Shown one piece after another: positions 43,127 to 55,387 of a DNA stretch of 64,000 nt. How positions within the stretch are numbered: the stretch's first letter is position 1; each line of letters begins with the position of its first letter. The notes beneath the pieces were generated by a model. The model was given only the letters and a program-made list of their open reading frames with translations, was not told the DNA's origin and ran no database searches. The position numbers and the translations under genes are program-made. The stretch is from Tubiluchus corallicola (Eukaryota > Animalia > Priapulida): contig JAQGDQ010000348.1 of NCBI GenBank assembly GCA_030141605.1, positions 124,001 through 188,000 of the forward strand. The letters run 5' to 3'.

Positions 43127-43829
43127 TGTTTCGCTTTTTCTTGTGAGTTTTTTCATGTACGGTTTTTGTGTGAGTTTTTTACTTGTGACCTTTTCTATCT
43201 GCGGCTTTGTTACCTGCATTCGTTTTTATGTATGTTTTTATCTACATATGCTTCTCTATATGTAGATTCCTTTGCGAACTGACCCTGACATCTCATTACC
43301 CAGCTCTGCAATGATTGTACAATATGCATGTATCTCCCTTTTGTATTTTGTTCAAGAAATTCGTTGAAAAATCAGAAAGACAGATTTAATAAGCAATAAT
43401 ATTATTGTAGAAACAAATTTACTTGTGACAACTTTCAAATCTAGCGATTCCTTTTTGACATTCAATACGTGATATTTCAATTATTTATGCAGTTTTTCAT
43501 TATACCAATCTTGTCTGTAGTTGGATTATATTATTTTTACTGTTGTATTTTCGCGCATGCGCTGTACGGTTTCTATTGACCAGCTATGCTGACAATATTC
43601 ATATAAAACACATAATAACACAGACCGAGTGGAAAAAGGAAAATCAGGTGCATGTAATATTGCGGAAATTACCTGAACATTGTGGCCTGAAAAGTAAGGA
43701 AGAAAATAATATCAACTTATTGCACTACTTCCTCAATTTTCTTCGTGACATTATTGGGTAGATTGCAGTTTTTGGAGAATGATAGGCTTCCTGGGGCAGA
43801 ATAAATGGACAAGGTCTTCAGCATGAATA

Positions 43830-45152
43830 AAGCTGGAGAGGAGTGTAGAAGGGTAGAAGGAGTTGTGGAACTGTTGAGGGGTGCAGAAAGAAAGGAGGAG
43901 TTGTGGAACTGTAGAGGATTGTAGAAGGGAAGAAGGAGTTGTGGAACTGGAAAGGATTGTAGAAGGAAAGCAGTTGTTGTGAGGAGAGGTGTGCAGAAGA
44001 AGAGGAGTTGCAGAACTGGAGAGGGGTGCAGAAGGAAAGAAGGAGTTGTAGAGAAGAGAAGGATGCAGAAGGAAGGAAGGAGTTGTAGAGGGAAGGTTAC
44101 AGAAGGAAAGGAGTTGTAGAATTGGTGAGGGTTGCAGAAGGAAAGAAGGAGTTGTAGAACTGGAGAGAGTTGCAGAAGGAAAGAAGGAGTTGTAGAACTG
44201 GTGTGGGTTGCAGAAGGAAAGAAGGAGTTGTAGAATTGGTGAGGGTTGCAGAAGGAAAGAAGGAGTTGTAGAACTGGAGAGAGTTGCAGAAGGAAAGAAG
44301 GAGTTGCAGAACTGTAGAGGGTTGCAGAAGGAAGGAAGGAGTTGTAGAACTGTAGAGGGTTGCAGAAGGAAAGAAGGAGTTGTAGAACTGGAGAGAGTTG
44401 CAGAAGGAAAGAAGGAGGTGTAGAACTGGAGAGAGTTGCAGAAGGAAAGAATGAGTTGTAGAACTGTAGAGGGTTGCAGAAGGAAAGAAGGAGTTGTAGA
44501 ACTGGTGAGAGTTGCAGAAGGAAAGAAGGAGTTGTAGAACTGTAGAGGGTTGCAGAAGGAAAGAAGGAGTTGTAGAACTGTAGAGGGTTGCAGAAGGAAA
44601 GAAGGAGTTGTAGAACTGGTGAGAGTTGCAGAAGGAAAGAAGGAGTTGTAGAACTGTAGAGGATTGCAGAAGGAAAGAAGGAGTTGTAGAACTGTAGAGG
44701 GTTGCAGAAGGAAAGAAGGAGTTGTAGAACTGGTGAGGGTTGCAGAAGGAAAGGAGGAGTTGTAGAACTGTAGAGGGTTGCAGAAGGAAAGAAGGAGTTG
44801 TAGAACTGTAGAGGGTTGCAGAAGGAAAGAGGGAGTTGTAGAACTGTAGAGGGTTGCAGAAGGAAAGAAGGAGTTGTAGAACTGTAGAGGGTTGCAGAAG
44901 GAAAGAAGGAGTTGTAGAACCGGTGAGGGTTGCAGAAGGAATGAAGGGTGTGTAGAACTGGTGAGGATTGCAGAAGGAATGAAGGGTGTGTAGAACTGGT
45001 GAGGATTGCAGAAGGAAAGAAGGGTGTGTTGAACTGGTGAGGATTGCAGAAGGAATGAAGGGTGTGTAGAACTGGTGAGGATTGCAGAAGGAAAGAAGGG
45101 TGTGTAGAACTGGTGAGGATTGCAGAAGGAAAGAAGGGTGTGTAGAACTGGT
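43830..45152. repeat. 38-bp minisatellite GCAGAAGGAAAGAAGGAGTTGTAGAACTGTAGAGGGTT, about 34 units
   Basis: Period 38 verified (44134 to 44172). Explains the 487-aa and 361-aa - strand ORFs. Confidence 0.96.
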
Positions 45153-45249
45153 TTTGTTGTAATACCACAACGTATGACACATTAGAACACTATACCTATT
45201 TTTAGTACTATTTTAGTACTATTTAGTACTCAGTTCACACCTATACACC

Positions 45250-45527
45250 CAGGGCCTATTTCAGCCTAAGCGAGGCCCGGAGAAGTGGGGTGTGTGAGGC
45301 CTTCTTGGGGGGGGGGGCGCAGTGTCAGGGGGCGGGTGCTACGGTGGTTGGCGCCCAGAAAATTTTTGAACTGCTAGAAAGCCGGAGAAGCATTTTCCAA
45401 GAGAAAATATGGAGTTATACAGTATGTTCGCATAAAGCAAAAAAATAATGTTACCTCGGCGCGAGGCCCCCCTGGAGGTTGAGGCCCCGGGGAAGTATCC
45501 CCACTTCCCCCCTTGAAATAGGCCCTG
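45250..45527. mobile_element. hAT MITE, 278 bp, intact
   Basis: Perfect 14-bp TIR CAGGGCCTATTTCA/TGAAATAGGCCCTG and perfect 8-bp TSD TATACACC. Confidence 0.95.
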
Positions 45528-46966
45528 TATACACCAAATTTCTATGTTTTAAAGAGGCAATGTTAAACTACGCCGCAAACGCGCCACATTAGGCTTCTGC
45601 TTTGCTAATAAATTCTTTCTGTAATTCTGCATCGTTCACTGCATCAGTTCATACTTTGAAGCTGTTACATCTTCTAGGGCTGTCAGGAAAAAAGCTATTA
45701 CGTCCGGTTTCCGTTCTTTTTTAATTATAAGTGAGTTAATAATTGATTGAGCACTTTGCTTGTAACTTTTAGAGCCACGACACGGCGATTCAATGAAATT
45801 ACTTTAATGAAAGGTCCATTACATCATGTTTTGACATTTTCTTCTGTTTTGTTCAAGCTGTTTTTTTCCAACGTCACTAACAGTTTGAGCAGATTCAGCT
45901 GCTAAGCAACGACGTATTCGTAAATAGAACGTGCTTTTTGTGTTTTTAGTTTAAAGGTCGAGTCGCCCGATTATCTTTTTTTAAATTATTTCGCTTTTTG
46001 GGTTAATCGCTTGTGAATAACTCTATAGAGCCGCTCAATTCACTGTGTTGGTCTCGTAGTACAAAACTGCCATTTTCTCATTGTGAGGCAGCAAGGCGTT
46101 CTAAATTTTCACAAGTTTGGATTCCATGGTGACTAAACGCGCGTTTCCTGCTGTTTATTTGCAAATCATCTCAGTAGCAGAGAGCAAATAACTATGCAGA
46201 ATGTTCGCGCGTTATTTACAATCATTTCAGCACCAGAAAGCAAGGAGTGGTGTGGGTTAGTTGGTGTAGGTGGTGTGAGTGATGTGGCTGATGTGGTGTA
46301 GGTGGGGTGAATTTTTTAATTGTGACGTCACAATGAAGAACTTTTGCAGAAAATTGTTGTCTAACTTAAATTAACCTAAGTTTAGCTAAATTTTAGCAAA
46401 GTGAATAGTCAAATTGTAAAAACTAAGTTTTAAAATACAAAAAACCTCCACAGAGGTTGTGCATTACTAAGATAAAGTATTCAATGCAAGTTGCCAAGTA
46501 GTACGTGGCGGCGCCTAGTGGCAGTTTTTGATGCTAAACGAATGTACTTCCAAATATATTTGAACTAACTGCACAAAAGTAGTGTACATTGTATGTTTTA
46601 CGTTGAGTGTGATTTATGGTTGTTAATAAAAAAAGGCACCGCATGTAGGTTAACTTTATACAGTTAACATGGTTATGACCAGTAATGCATGTAGGTAAAA
46701 AAAAGCACAGGTAAAAATGGCACACATTTTTCCTACTTTTCCATTTCTGCCATTTTTTCTGTGCCATTTTTACCTACCTTTCCATTTGTGCCATTTTTTC
46801 TGTGCCATTTTACCTGTTCCATTTTTACCTGTGCTATTTTTCCTGAGCCATTTTTACCTGTGCCATAAAATCAGCTAATAATATCGAGTACGGCGTGTCC
46901 CTAATTAACTTGAAATTTTGAAGCTGACACATATTTGGTAACAATTTATAATCATTATCTTTTCAG

Positions 46967-47020
46967 GCTATTGACGTCAATCAAAAAGCGTTGACTTTGG
47001 CGCAGCAGTTGGGCAACAAG
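46967..47020 (+). CDS. RAPSN: Rapsyn coding exon 4 (54 nt)
   Basis: ttttcag|GCT...AAG|gtacta. AIDVNQKALTLAQQLGNK matches vertebrate ALDAIERAQDLAEEVGNK in length and motif. Confidence 0.92.
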
Positions 47021-47292
47021 GTACTAGTCCTACAAAGTTATGATTATTATTAGTTTTATCTTATAGTGGTAAAGCTGCACTAACAGTAACTAGCAATGAA
47101 CGTGGATGAGCTTGCTGCAATTCGTCTACTTCAGAGCTGTTTTCCATCTGTCCCACTGTCCCAGTTATTTCTTTAGTTGAGGAAGAATGTATATCCGAAT
47201 GTATTAAGGCAACTTAGTACACTTAGTACATCCCGTCTGGCTTAGTTATCTGCTTCACAGATAGTTCATTTCACATGGTCATTATTCAAATA

Positions 47293-47538
47293 AGCCTTTT
47301 CACAGTTTCGTTGTGTATGTGCACAGTTGCTGTAGGTCAAAAGTTAATTGTACCACAGCAATGCGTCTTAACTACAACCGTCACGTTGCGTGTGGGTAAA
47401 GCAAAGCCGACTGCCACATCAGTTCTGTAACTTTAATTTTTTACGTGGACTTTACATGATTTTGCATTAGTCTGTGCATAGAGTGATTTACTAGCAGGAT
47501 CTTGCTTGGGAACAAGAAAAAATGAACTAGGTAAGCTT
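47293..47538 (+). mobile_element. MITE family G, 3'-truncated
   Basis: TA|AGCCTTTTCACAGTTTCG, colinear with 39550-39797. Confidence 0.85.
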
Positions 47539-47584
47539 CGGTATTATGCTATTATGCTAAAATTATCATCCTTATCATTTTCAG

Positions 47585-47784
47585 CTTTTTCAACTTCGGT
47601 GTCACATGCGCATGGAGGACCACTACAGGAGTCTTGGTGATATGGAGAAGTCTCAGGAGCATGCACAAATCGCCTCCGGTATCTTGGAGGAGATGGACAT
47701 TACTTGTACAGTTTGTGGATCAACATTTGCTCTCACAGAAGAGGCACTGGAGATCATGCCATGCACCCATATCTTCCATTTAAG
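47585..47784 (+). CDS. RAPSN: Rapsyn coding exon 5 (200 nt), first part of RING-H2
   Basis: tttcag|CTT...TTAAG|gtttaa, phase 2. LFQLRCHMRMEDHYRSLG...CTVCGSTFALTEEALEIMPCTHIFHLR. Confidence 0.94.
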
Positions 47785-47964
47785 GTTTAAATACAGCCAT
47801 AACTACACTTTTAACAAAATCGAAGTTTTGATGCATTCTTACCAACAGAGGGGGCTCTTTATTGCTGTTACAATGAAGTTTTAGTAGTTTTTGCACGGCA
47901 AATAACCTCTGATGACAGGGCATGGAAAAGCAGAAGGAGTTTACAATTCCCCATACAATTTAAA

Positions 47965-48013
47965 TACCCTAACACTAACCCTAACCCTAATCCAAACCCA
48001 GCCCTAACCTTAA
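47965..48013. repeat. Short (CCCTAA)n-like interstitial cluster
   Basis: accctaacactaaccctaaccctaatccaaacccagccctaacc. Confidence 0.7.
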
Positions 48014-48527
48014 TCTGCTTCGTGAACTAATTTCTTGTGTGTGGGAAAAATATTGTCATGAGTACTAAAGTTAATCAAAAAGTTGTGCACATGCAAGTGA
48101 AAGATTGACTAATTGACTAAGCATCTGACTGAATGCCTGTCCACTGACCAACCAAGTGACTGAATCTATCAAGCAACTGATCATACCAAAGATAAAATAA
48201 GCCAAAGTGCATGCACAGTCTTGTATTGAAGTGGCTTCTGGCTGTATTGAAATGGCATATTCAAGTCTAGCAGAAAACGAAAAGAATCATAGGAAACAAT
48301 TACTGTACCCTCCTCTAGTGCTACCTAAGAAATAAGTGCTGAGTTAGTGCGGCCTGTCTGTCCATGTCCCACCGGATAGAGCCTATGTGCACAGATTTGC
48401 CAACTGAATTGATTTGAGTTGAATTTGCAGATGTCCATGCATCTATACCTCCTAGGGGAGACTGTTACTTACAGCACTAATACCATTGCTTTCTTAATTC
48501 TAATTTGAATATTTTTCATTTTTTCAG

Positions 48528-48621
48528 GTGCATGCCACTAATACAAAGCAAATGTGGATCCAAGAAAAAGTACTGCCCCAAGTGTCGAAGATCTGTGATA
48601 AACCGCCCGACCCTCGTATAA
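48528..48621 (+). CDS. RAPSN: Rapsyn last coding exon, completes RING-H2, stop TAA
   Basis: ttttcag|G TGC... gives (R)CMPLIQSKCGSKKKYCPKCRRSVINRPTLV*, matching the rapsyn C-terminal CPxCRRS motif. Phase is consistent with exon 5. Confidence 0.93.
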
Positions 48622-48855
48622 CTTCTGCTAGCAGAATTTTTACAGTCTGTCCCTGAGCATTGAGTTTGAGGTGCTGCCCTATGTGGACACGGGAATGGAA
48701 GATTGTACTGCTGTTCCTGAGCTTCCGTTGGAAAATAATTATTGTGATGGAAACGACTGGATTTCCACGATGATGGGAATGGCAGAATGAAATGAAAATT
48801 CCAGAAACCTCTATAGCTATAGTATTTTCAGCAAATGAACTAAGGACCCTAAGGA

Positions 48856-48861
48856 AATAAA
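48856..48861 (+). promoter_or_regulatory. Candidate polyadenylation signal for RAPSN (further AATAAA near 49034, 49049, 49495)
   Basis: AATAAA about 235 nt after the stop. AT-rich context, so weakly diagnostic. Confidence 0.35.
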
Positions 48862-49896
48862 TATGCAGTAATGTTAGTGAATCAATGATAAGTTAAAATA
48901 ATTTTTCATCACAGCAGCCAGCACCTGTCTAAGCAAAGACAGAGATTTTATTCAGACATAAAGAACAGATACATACAACGTTTCGTTCAATTATGGTCAT
49001 GTTCACACAACAAGTAAGCCAACAATTGACCTAAATAAAAATGCAGGGAATAAAAATTACACAGATTGGTGCAAAGGTTTCACTTATTACCACGTTGTAC
49101 CTCAGTGTATCAGTTTTTCTTCTACCTGCTTGAATTTATGTTTATGTTATCGTAAGATTGAAATTTGAATGGTTTGTGGCACTGGAGTGAGTGAGGAATC
49201 TCCATGCTTCGTGTTGTGCATTATGAGAAGTTTCATACATTTAATACATCTGAGGTTTGATCGACGCAACAAATGAGTACTTTTAGTGGACAGTACCAAA
49301 TTAGTTTTCATTTTTCAGCTTCCCATGTATGTCGTCAAACTGAGTAATTTTATTATTACTGGTAAAGCTGCTCATTTATTCTGTATTAAGTTGTCAGATA
49401 TTAAAAAACGAGACCAATTTGGTCTTTACAAGCAATTCTGTAGTGGACTTGGTACCCAAGTAAGTTTGTAATCAAAACTGAGCAACATTTTGAGAATAAA
49501 ACGAAACTAGACAGGATAGATCAAACAAAGATTAATGTGCGTATGCGTAATATTGAATACCTCATCATGTTGCAGGATGTTCACTCGTGTATGCCTGTTA
49601 AATGTGAACACTTTTTCATAGAAAGTCATTGTATAAGCGCAAAAAGGCCCGTATAAACTAGTTTCAACTTAATATGTTTTATATGGTTTTAATACTTATC
49701 TTTCACATAGTTGTTGTGTAACAGCTTAAAAACTGAAGCATATAAATATGCGTGCTGTTTTGCGTAAAGGCTACACCTTTATAGTTGTAAAAACGAAAAA
49801 GTTGTGCGATAATAGTTACCATATCAAGACACAGGCAACTGACATGTAAAATGAGCAAGTAGAATGAACAAACGTAAAAAAGACGGACAACTTCAG

Positions 49897-50447
49897 CAGT
49901 GGCGGCTCGTAACTAAAGTTACTGGGGCTTCAGAAAATTTCTCGCCATTTTTAATACTGTATAAAACTGCTTCAGAAAACGAAACAAACGTAAGTAATTT
50001 TAATGATGTAATTAATAAGTGTAATTTCAAACAATCAAACAAACAATCATAAACTTGATAAAATCCTAAACAATAAATATTGTTTGCTTACGAATAGCCT
50101 AAATTGTTGCAGATCAAGAATATGCCGGTACTCGGCTTTTAAGGACGTGACAACTGACAACGCACACTGCATAAGCGACAGTACTCTTTCTTTATCAGTG
50201 CAGCACTTTATCTAAGACACGTGCACATGGCCGCATGTGCACAACAGCCCAACACCACGTTGCGTGAGCTGTGAGTGCACTGTGCTGGGCTGTGAAGCAA
50301 ACAGTACTACACTCACGTGCTATGAACCACACGAGTATAAAGAAAAAACTACAGGAAAGACACTTATTATATTAAACATTATCGATAATATTGAGTGAAA
50401 ATAGGGGGTGTTGCAGTTCCACAGTACCTGTACACGAGCCGCCACAA
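49897..50447 (+). mobile_element. hAT-like MITE family C
   Basis: CAGTGGCGGCTCGT...ACGAGCCGCCAC. TSD not recognisable. Confidence 0.8.
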
Positions 50448-52002
50448 GTGAAGAAATTTAAAGAAAGAACAGACGTACAAACAAGCAAGATAAACGCAAA
50501 AAGCTTGTGTTTAGATTTCCACAAGTGAATATTATTTTGTTCATAAATCTGGAACTTGCAGTATCCTAATTTTGTTGCGGGTGTGTCTGTAGGCTATAGG
50601 TTCTTTGATAAGCTTCTAATGATTCATAATTATTATTAAATTTTCTGGTACTAAAAGGTTTAATTATACCATGTGTAAATATTATTCTTTTTCAAGTTAC
50701 ATTGTTTGTATTAAGTTTCTGTGTATTTTGATTGAGTATTGATTAAACTGTTGATGTAACCATGTAAAATTTTTTTTTTGTGAAATATTGCCATTGAGAT
50801 CCAGTTTTGGCACGGGTAGAAACTTCACTGAGAAAAAGTTTCATAATATATTATTACTATTGCGGTTCGGGGTGTTGTAGGCAATACTTATAACAACCAG
50901 GGCCTTTTTAACATAGAAACTGGATGGAGTATTACCCTTTGCAGGCCTTCCCCATACCCCGCACTGGGTACGTCCGTCTCTTTGGAATAAATTATCAAGC
51001 AGCATCATTACTAATATTCTGAAAAAAATGCTATTATTATACTATTATGTATCCATATAAAAATATTGTTCTACTCTGTGTTGTTGCACAACCCAGCAAA
51101 GGCTCAGTGAAGCAAAATTTCTACAACCTGAAATTTCGAGAAATATTTTTAAAAATGATTTCAGTTTAACATCTCATGAAATTAATGCTTTTAAGACGTC
51201 TTGTCGAGTTTCGTGACCTTGTTTTAGTGTACAGTTTTTTTATTTGCAAGTTAAAATGGATGCACCATACATTTATTAAGTCATTCTCTTGCACAGTGAA
51301 ATGGCACAGTAAAAATGGCATAGGAAAAAACATCGCTCAAATGAAAAAAATAGGGGAAAGTGGCACGCTTATAAAAATTAATGAGTTTGGAGTTAGGGTT
51401 GCTGTAGGAAATAATTATTTCAGTTATTTTTACCTCTACTGGTCAGGAAGACATGCTCTAGCGCAGTATTTTTAGTTGTAAGGTTGTTTGTTTGATAGAT
51501 AGCAGTAATCCTATTACGCAAAACTATACATATTAGTACCAAGATTTGACGGCAAGGTGGGTACGGAACAACAAAGATGCATTTTGACCGATTCCTGGAT
51601 CGGGGGAGGGTGTGAAAACTGCCAAAATGGGCAGTTTCTCTTCTGTGCTTTTTTTACATAAAAAGATTTGACCAAACAACACTTAAAAAAACGTACGTGA
51701 AGCACATGGACATCTGAGAGAGAGAACGTTAACAGTTTTGTGGAAATAGGTGGACTTGGCTACAAGATAAGGTACTTCTTTTTATTACCTCTACTAAGAC
51801 AAACAAGTACAAGTTTGTGCTATGTTCCATTCTGAGAAATTTTCATTTGGAAAACTGTGTAATACTGTCTGTAAGACTATAACCATTCCTGTTTTTTAAT
51901 CAGAAGAATCAGACGAATGTTTACGGATTTTTTGGGCCTTATCGGAGATCTTCCTGCTGAGTGCACTCTCATACGTTTTAGAAATATTAAAAATAACACG
52001 TA

Positions 52003-52369
52003 TGCCATTTTTCCTACTTTTTGATTTGAGCTGTTTTTGCTGTGCCATAAATTAATCGCAGTAATGTTAAAGAAAGCTAAAATAATTATAATTTATAATT
52101 ATATAAAGTGTAGGCTTTTCTCTATTCTCTAGTATTCAGTACAATATTCCGTAATCCGTAGTCCCTGCTGAAAGTATATCTATGCCGTGCCATTTTTCCT
52201 ACTTTTTGACTTAAGCTGTTTTTGCTGTGCCATAAATTAATCGTAGTAATGTTAAAAAGAAGCTAAAATAACTATAATTTATAATTATATGACGTGTACG
52301 CTATTCACTAGTATTCAGTACAATATTCCGTAATCCGTATTCCCTGCTGAAAGTGTAGCTATGCCGTGC
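52003..52369. repeat. Tandem duplication, about 185 bp x2
   Basis: tgccatttttcctactttttga...ctatgccgtgc starts at 52003 and again at 52188. Confidence 0.92.
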
Positions 52370-53292
52370 TAGTATCCACGGTGCGTCGAAGATCACTAAT
52401 TGGTCGCCCGCGGAATGGAATATGGTTGAAAAAGGATTTTAGTAAATGAAAACAAAAATAAGTTTCTCTACCAGAATTTTTTTATAGAATTACAAGAAGA
52501 GTAACAAAGAGTTGAAACGTGAGAGAGCGCTTCTGTGTCTTGCCATATTTAACATAAAAACGTTGAATTGATATATAATCATAATTTACCCGATCTTGCA
52601 AACCAATTAAATCTCCACTTCCAGCTTGTGAGTAGATGGCTTGCCAGCCAATAGCCGAGTTCTCATTTGTTAGGGAGGGTTCAAAATGGTAAGTTCTCTC
52701 AGCAAGTAACCTCGCTAAGTGACAGGCAAGCGTGTTCAGACTATAGAACTATAGTTACTCTGACACTTACTTCCTTATTTGCTGTGAGAAGTGTGAGTTT
52801 AATTTACTGAGGTATTTACACTAAATAATAAATCATCTCACAGCAATTGTCGGCGAGTTTGCAATAACTTGTCAACAGCAATCCATACTTGCGAGTTTGC
52901 TATCAGAGAGAAAACTGGTGACCAAAAGCTTGCTAGTCTGAACGAGCCGTAATAGCATACTGTTTTAGAACGTTTTAAGCAAAAACTCTGGCGTCAACCA
53001 AGTCACGTGTTTCTGAGGTTTGAAGTGAGTAGGTTTATTTTGTACTGGCAAGTGTTCGGGAGCAACTCAGTTTAGTTCCAGTCCTCGCTTTACAGTAAAT
53101 TTTGCTTCAATAATTATCAAATACACTGGCAACACAACGCGTCATTTATAGGTACACGGTTTGCATAATGCCTTTATTTTTCAATAATTTCAATTTTTTA
53201 GTCTGCCATTGATATCAGGCACCACCAATGGATTTCACTAAGCTGTCAGTTCGGTCGTAAAATCTGCACAAAAAATCAAAGTGTACTCCCAG

Positions 53293-53406
53293 ATGGCAGA
53301 GAAAAAGAGTTCATCACTCTTGTCTTTATTTGGTGATGGAACTTCAAAGGAATTTAAAGAGTTTATCAAACAGTGCGAAAAGGATCTAAATGGATTTCAA
53401 AAGCAG
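53293..53406 (+). CDS. NPHP1: Nephrocystin-1 probable first coding exon (38 codons)
   Basis: MAEKKSSSLLSLFGDGTSKEFKEFIKQCEKDLNGFQKQ|gtatga, phase 0, in frame with the following exons. Ends in QKQ like vertebrate exon 1 (LKQQ). Sequence similarity is weak. Confidence 0.7.
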
Positions 53407-53536
53407 GTATGAGAATTGTTTTAACTGTGTTAATTAGTAGTGCAGTCATGCAAGTTGTGTCAGTAAAAGCTGAAAGAAAATTGAAAGTTGGCATGGTAGT
53501 GTTAATTGTTTAAGGTTTGTTAGTATTAATTAATGG

Positions 53537-54050
53537 TATGGATGTCGTGAGACTCCAGCAGAACCGGAGCTTTGAAACCGAATCCGAATCGGAGCGTTGA
53601 ACTGATTCGATTTGGTGACCGACCTTAGATCCGACCCGATTTTGCAGAGATTTTGAAAAAAATCTGGTGTAGTTTCAGCTACAGAGGCGATTCGGCAGCA
53701 CTTTATTACAAAAGTATTATATGCTTATTTTCTTTAAAAATTTTGGCAAAGCTTTTTTTTGTGATAATTTTGCCCTACTTGAAATACGTCGCCATAGTCA
53801 GTTTCAGCATAAGGAAATCCTAAAAGAAATCACGCATCGCCGTACGATTTTAACTGCTATTTTCAACAAAATGCTAAGATTTCGCATGCTGTCTTACCAA
53901 TCTGCTATAATTTGCTTGAAAACTGCATAGATTCGAAAAAGGTTCAGTTGAAAGAACAATTTGAAAAATGCAGAAATTATTCAAAAATTATTATGAAATG
54001 AGATTCGGTGTAGATTCGGATTCGGTAATTTCGAATTTGTGACATCCCTA
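53537..54050. mobile_element. hAT MITE in NPHP1 intron 1
   Basis: TATGGATGTC...GACATCCCTA termini, CCGAAT/ATTCGG subterminal repeats, 8-bp TSD ATTAATGG/ATTAATGT. Confidence 0.85.
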
Positions 54051-54737
54051 ATTAATGTTGTGTTTAATTGCTGACTTGCCTTGCCCAGGGGATTGCTTGT
54101 TTTGTGTCACATGTTCTGGCAGTCATAGATACAATAAATATACACAAAACAACATAAAACGTTTACTTACTTTCCTGCATGATAAAAGCTAAAGTAAAAT
54201 TCAGGAAGGTAATTATAACAAAGAAAAGAATCTCAGAGATATGATAAACGTAAAGTAACTGAACAATAAAAATGATACTGAAAGATGCATTGAATCAGGT
54301 CTTCACACTTGCTCTGCTGTAAGAATGAATTTGACTGGTGCTATCAAACCATAATAGCAATCAAGATCAAGGATACTTCTTGTTTTCTTAGTAACAATCA
54401 GCAGCCTTTGTGTAGCAGTGTTTCATTTGTTCCTGAGCTTTAGCATTTTTGAAAGCCGTTGCTGTAAAAATGAATCAAAAATTCACTGTATCACTAAACC
54501 TACATTCTAACGATAATCGTTTCACATAAGAAATATAAATATATATTGTATATAAATTTAGTCATTGTATCATTGTTCATTTTTAGTGTAATTTTCATCT
54601 CTTCAGTTGGCAGTTCTTTGTTGGTTTTTCGAAGTCTGTCCATTAATGCAAGTTTTGTCAAAATTCCGTTAACTGCAAGCATCACTTGAATATTTGAATT
54701 TAGGTGTCTCACTCGCATACATACATACGTAAAAATG

Positions 54738-55082
54738 CACTCGTATCTCGTTTCGCCGGACAAAAGCCGGGAGACGTCGATCCGAATTTGCCGATTGTCT
54801 CAAACACTTCTAGTACGGGCACTCCCATGCAAAAGTACATATAAACAGTCGGCAGTTGACTCCAATAACTCCTCATATTTGATTTTATATTTTTATAGAT
54901 AGAGATATACATGTGGTTACACTGATGTAATGATGTAAACAAAGTGACTGCCTGCCCACTAGTGGTCAGCTCCAGAAACAACGCACTGTGTCCGTAGTAT
55001 GCGGGACTTTTTAACGGTTCAGATTTTGTCCGATTCTTCTCATATCTATAAAAGCGAGGTCCAGCAAACCGAGATATGAGTG
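54738..55082 (-). mobile_element. TA-target (Tc1/mariner-type) MITE family I, copy 1
   Basis: CACTCGTATCTCGTTT...AAACCGAGATATGAGTG. Inverted relative to 60640-61021. Confidence 0.85.
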
Positions 55083-55249
55083 CAATGTTAAATTAATAAT
55101 ATCAAAAAGGAAAGACTTACAGCATGTGTACAATACAATTTTTCATAACATTTATGTAAAAATCGAAATGTTTTTTTTTGTGTTTTCATGTGACCAAAGT
55201 TAGTTTAACATTTAAAAGAAAAACATAACCAAATATGAACTTGTTTTAG

Positions 55250-55387
55250 CTTCAGGCACTGAGTAAGCGTCATCAAGCACTTAACAAGTCTAATTCCGAC
55301 CAAAAGCAGTCAGAATTGGTTACTTTGTATGAAGATTGTCTTAAACTTCAAACATCCGTATCAATTAATGCACAGAAAGTGACGAAG
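55250..55387 (+). CDS. NPHP1: Nephrocystin-1 exon 2 (coiled coil)
   Basis: ttttag|CTT...AAG|gtatgt, 138 nt. ...LVTLYEDCLKLQTSVSINAQKVTK resembles human [24 protein letters not shown]. Alternative in-frame acceptor 6 nt downstream. Confidence 0.8.

Noticed and set aside
43717-45182. 487-aa and 361-aa - strand ORFs
   Set aside because: Translations of a 38-bp minisatellite; the same peptides cycle through frames.
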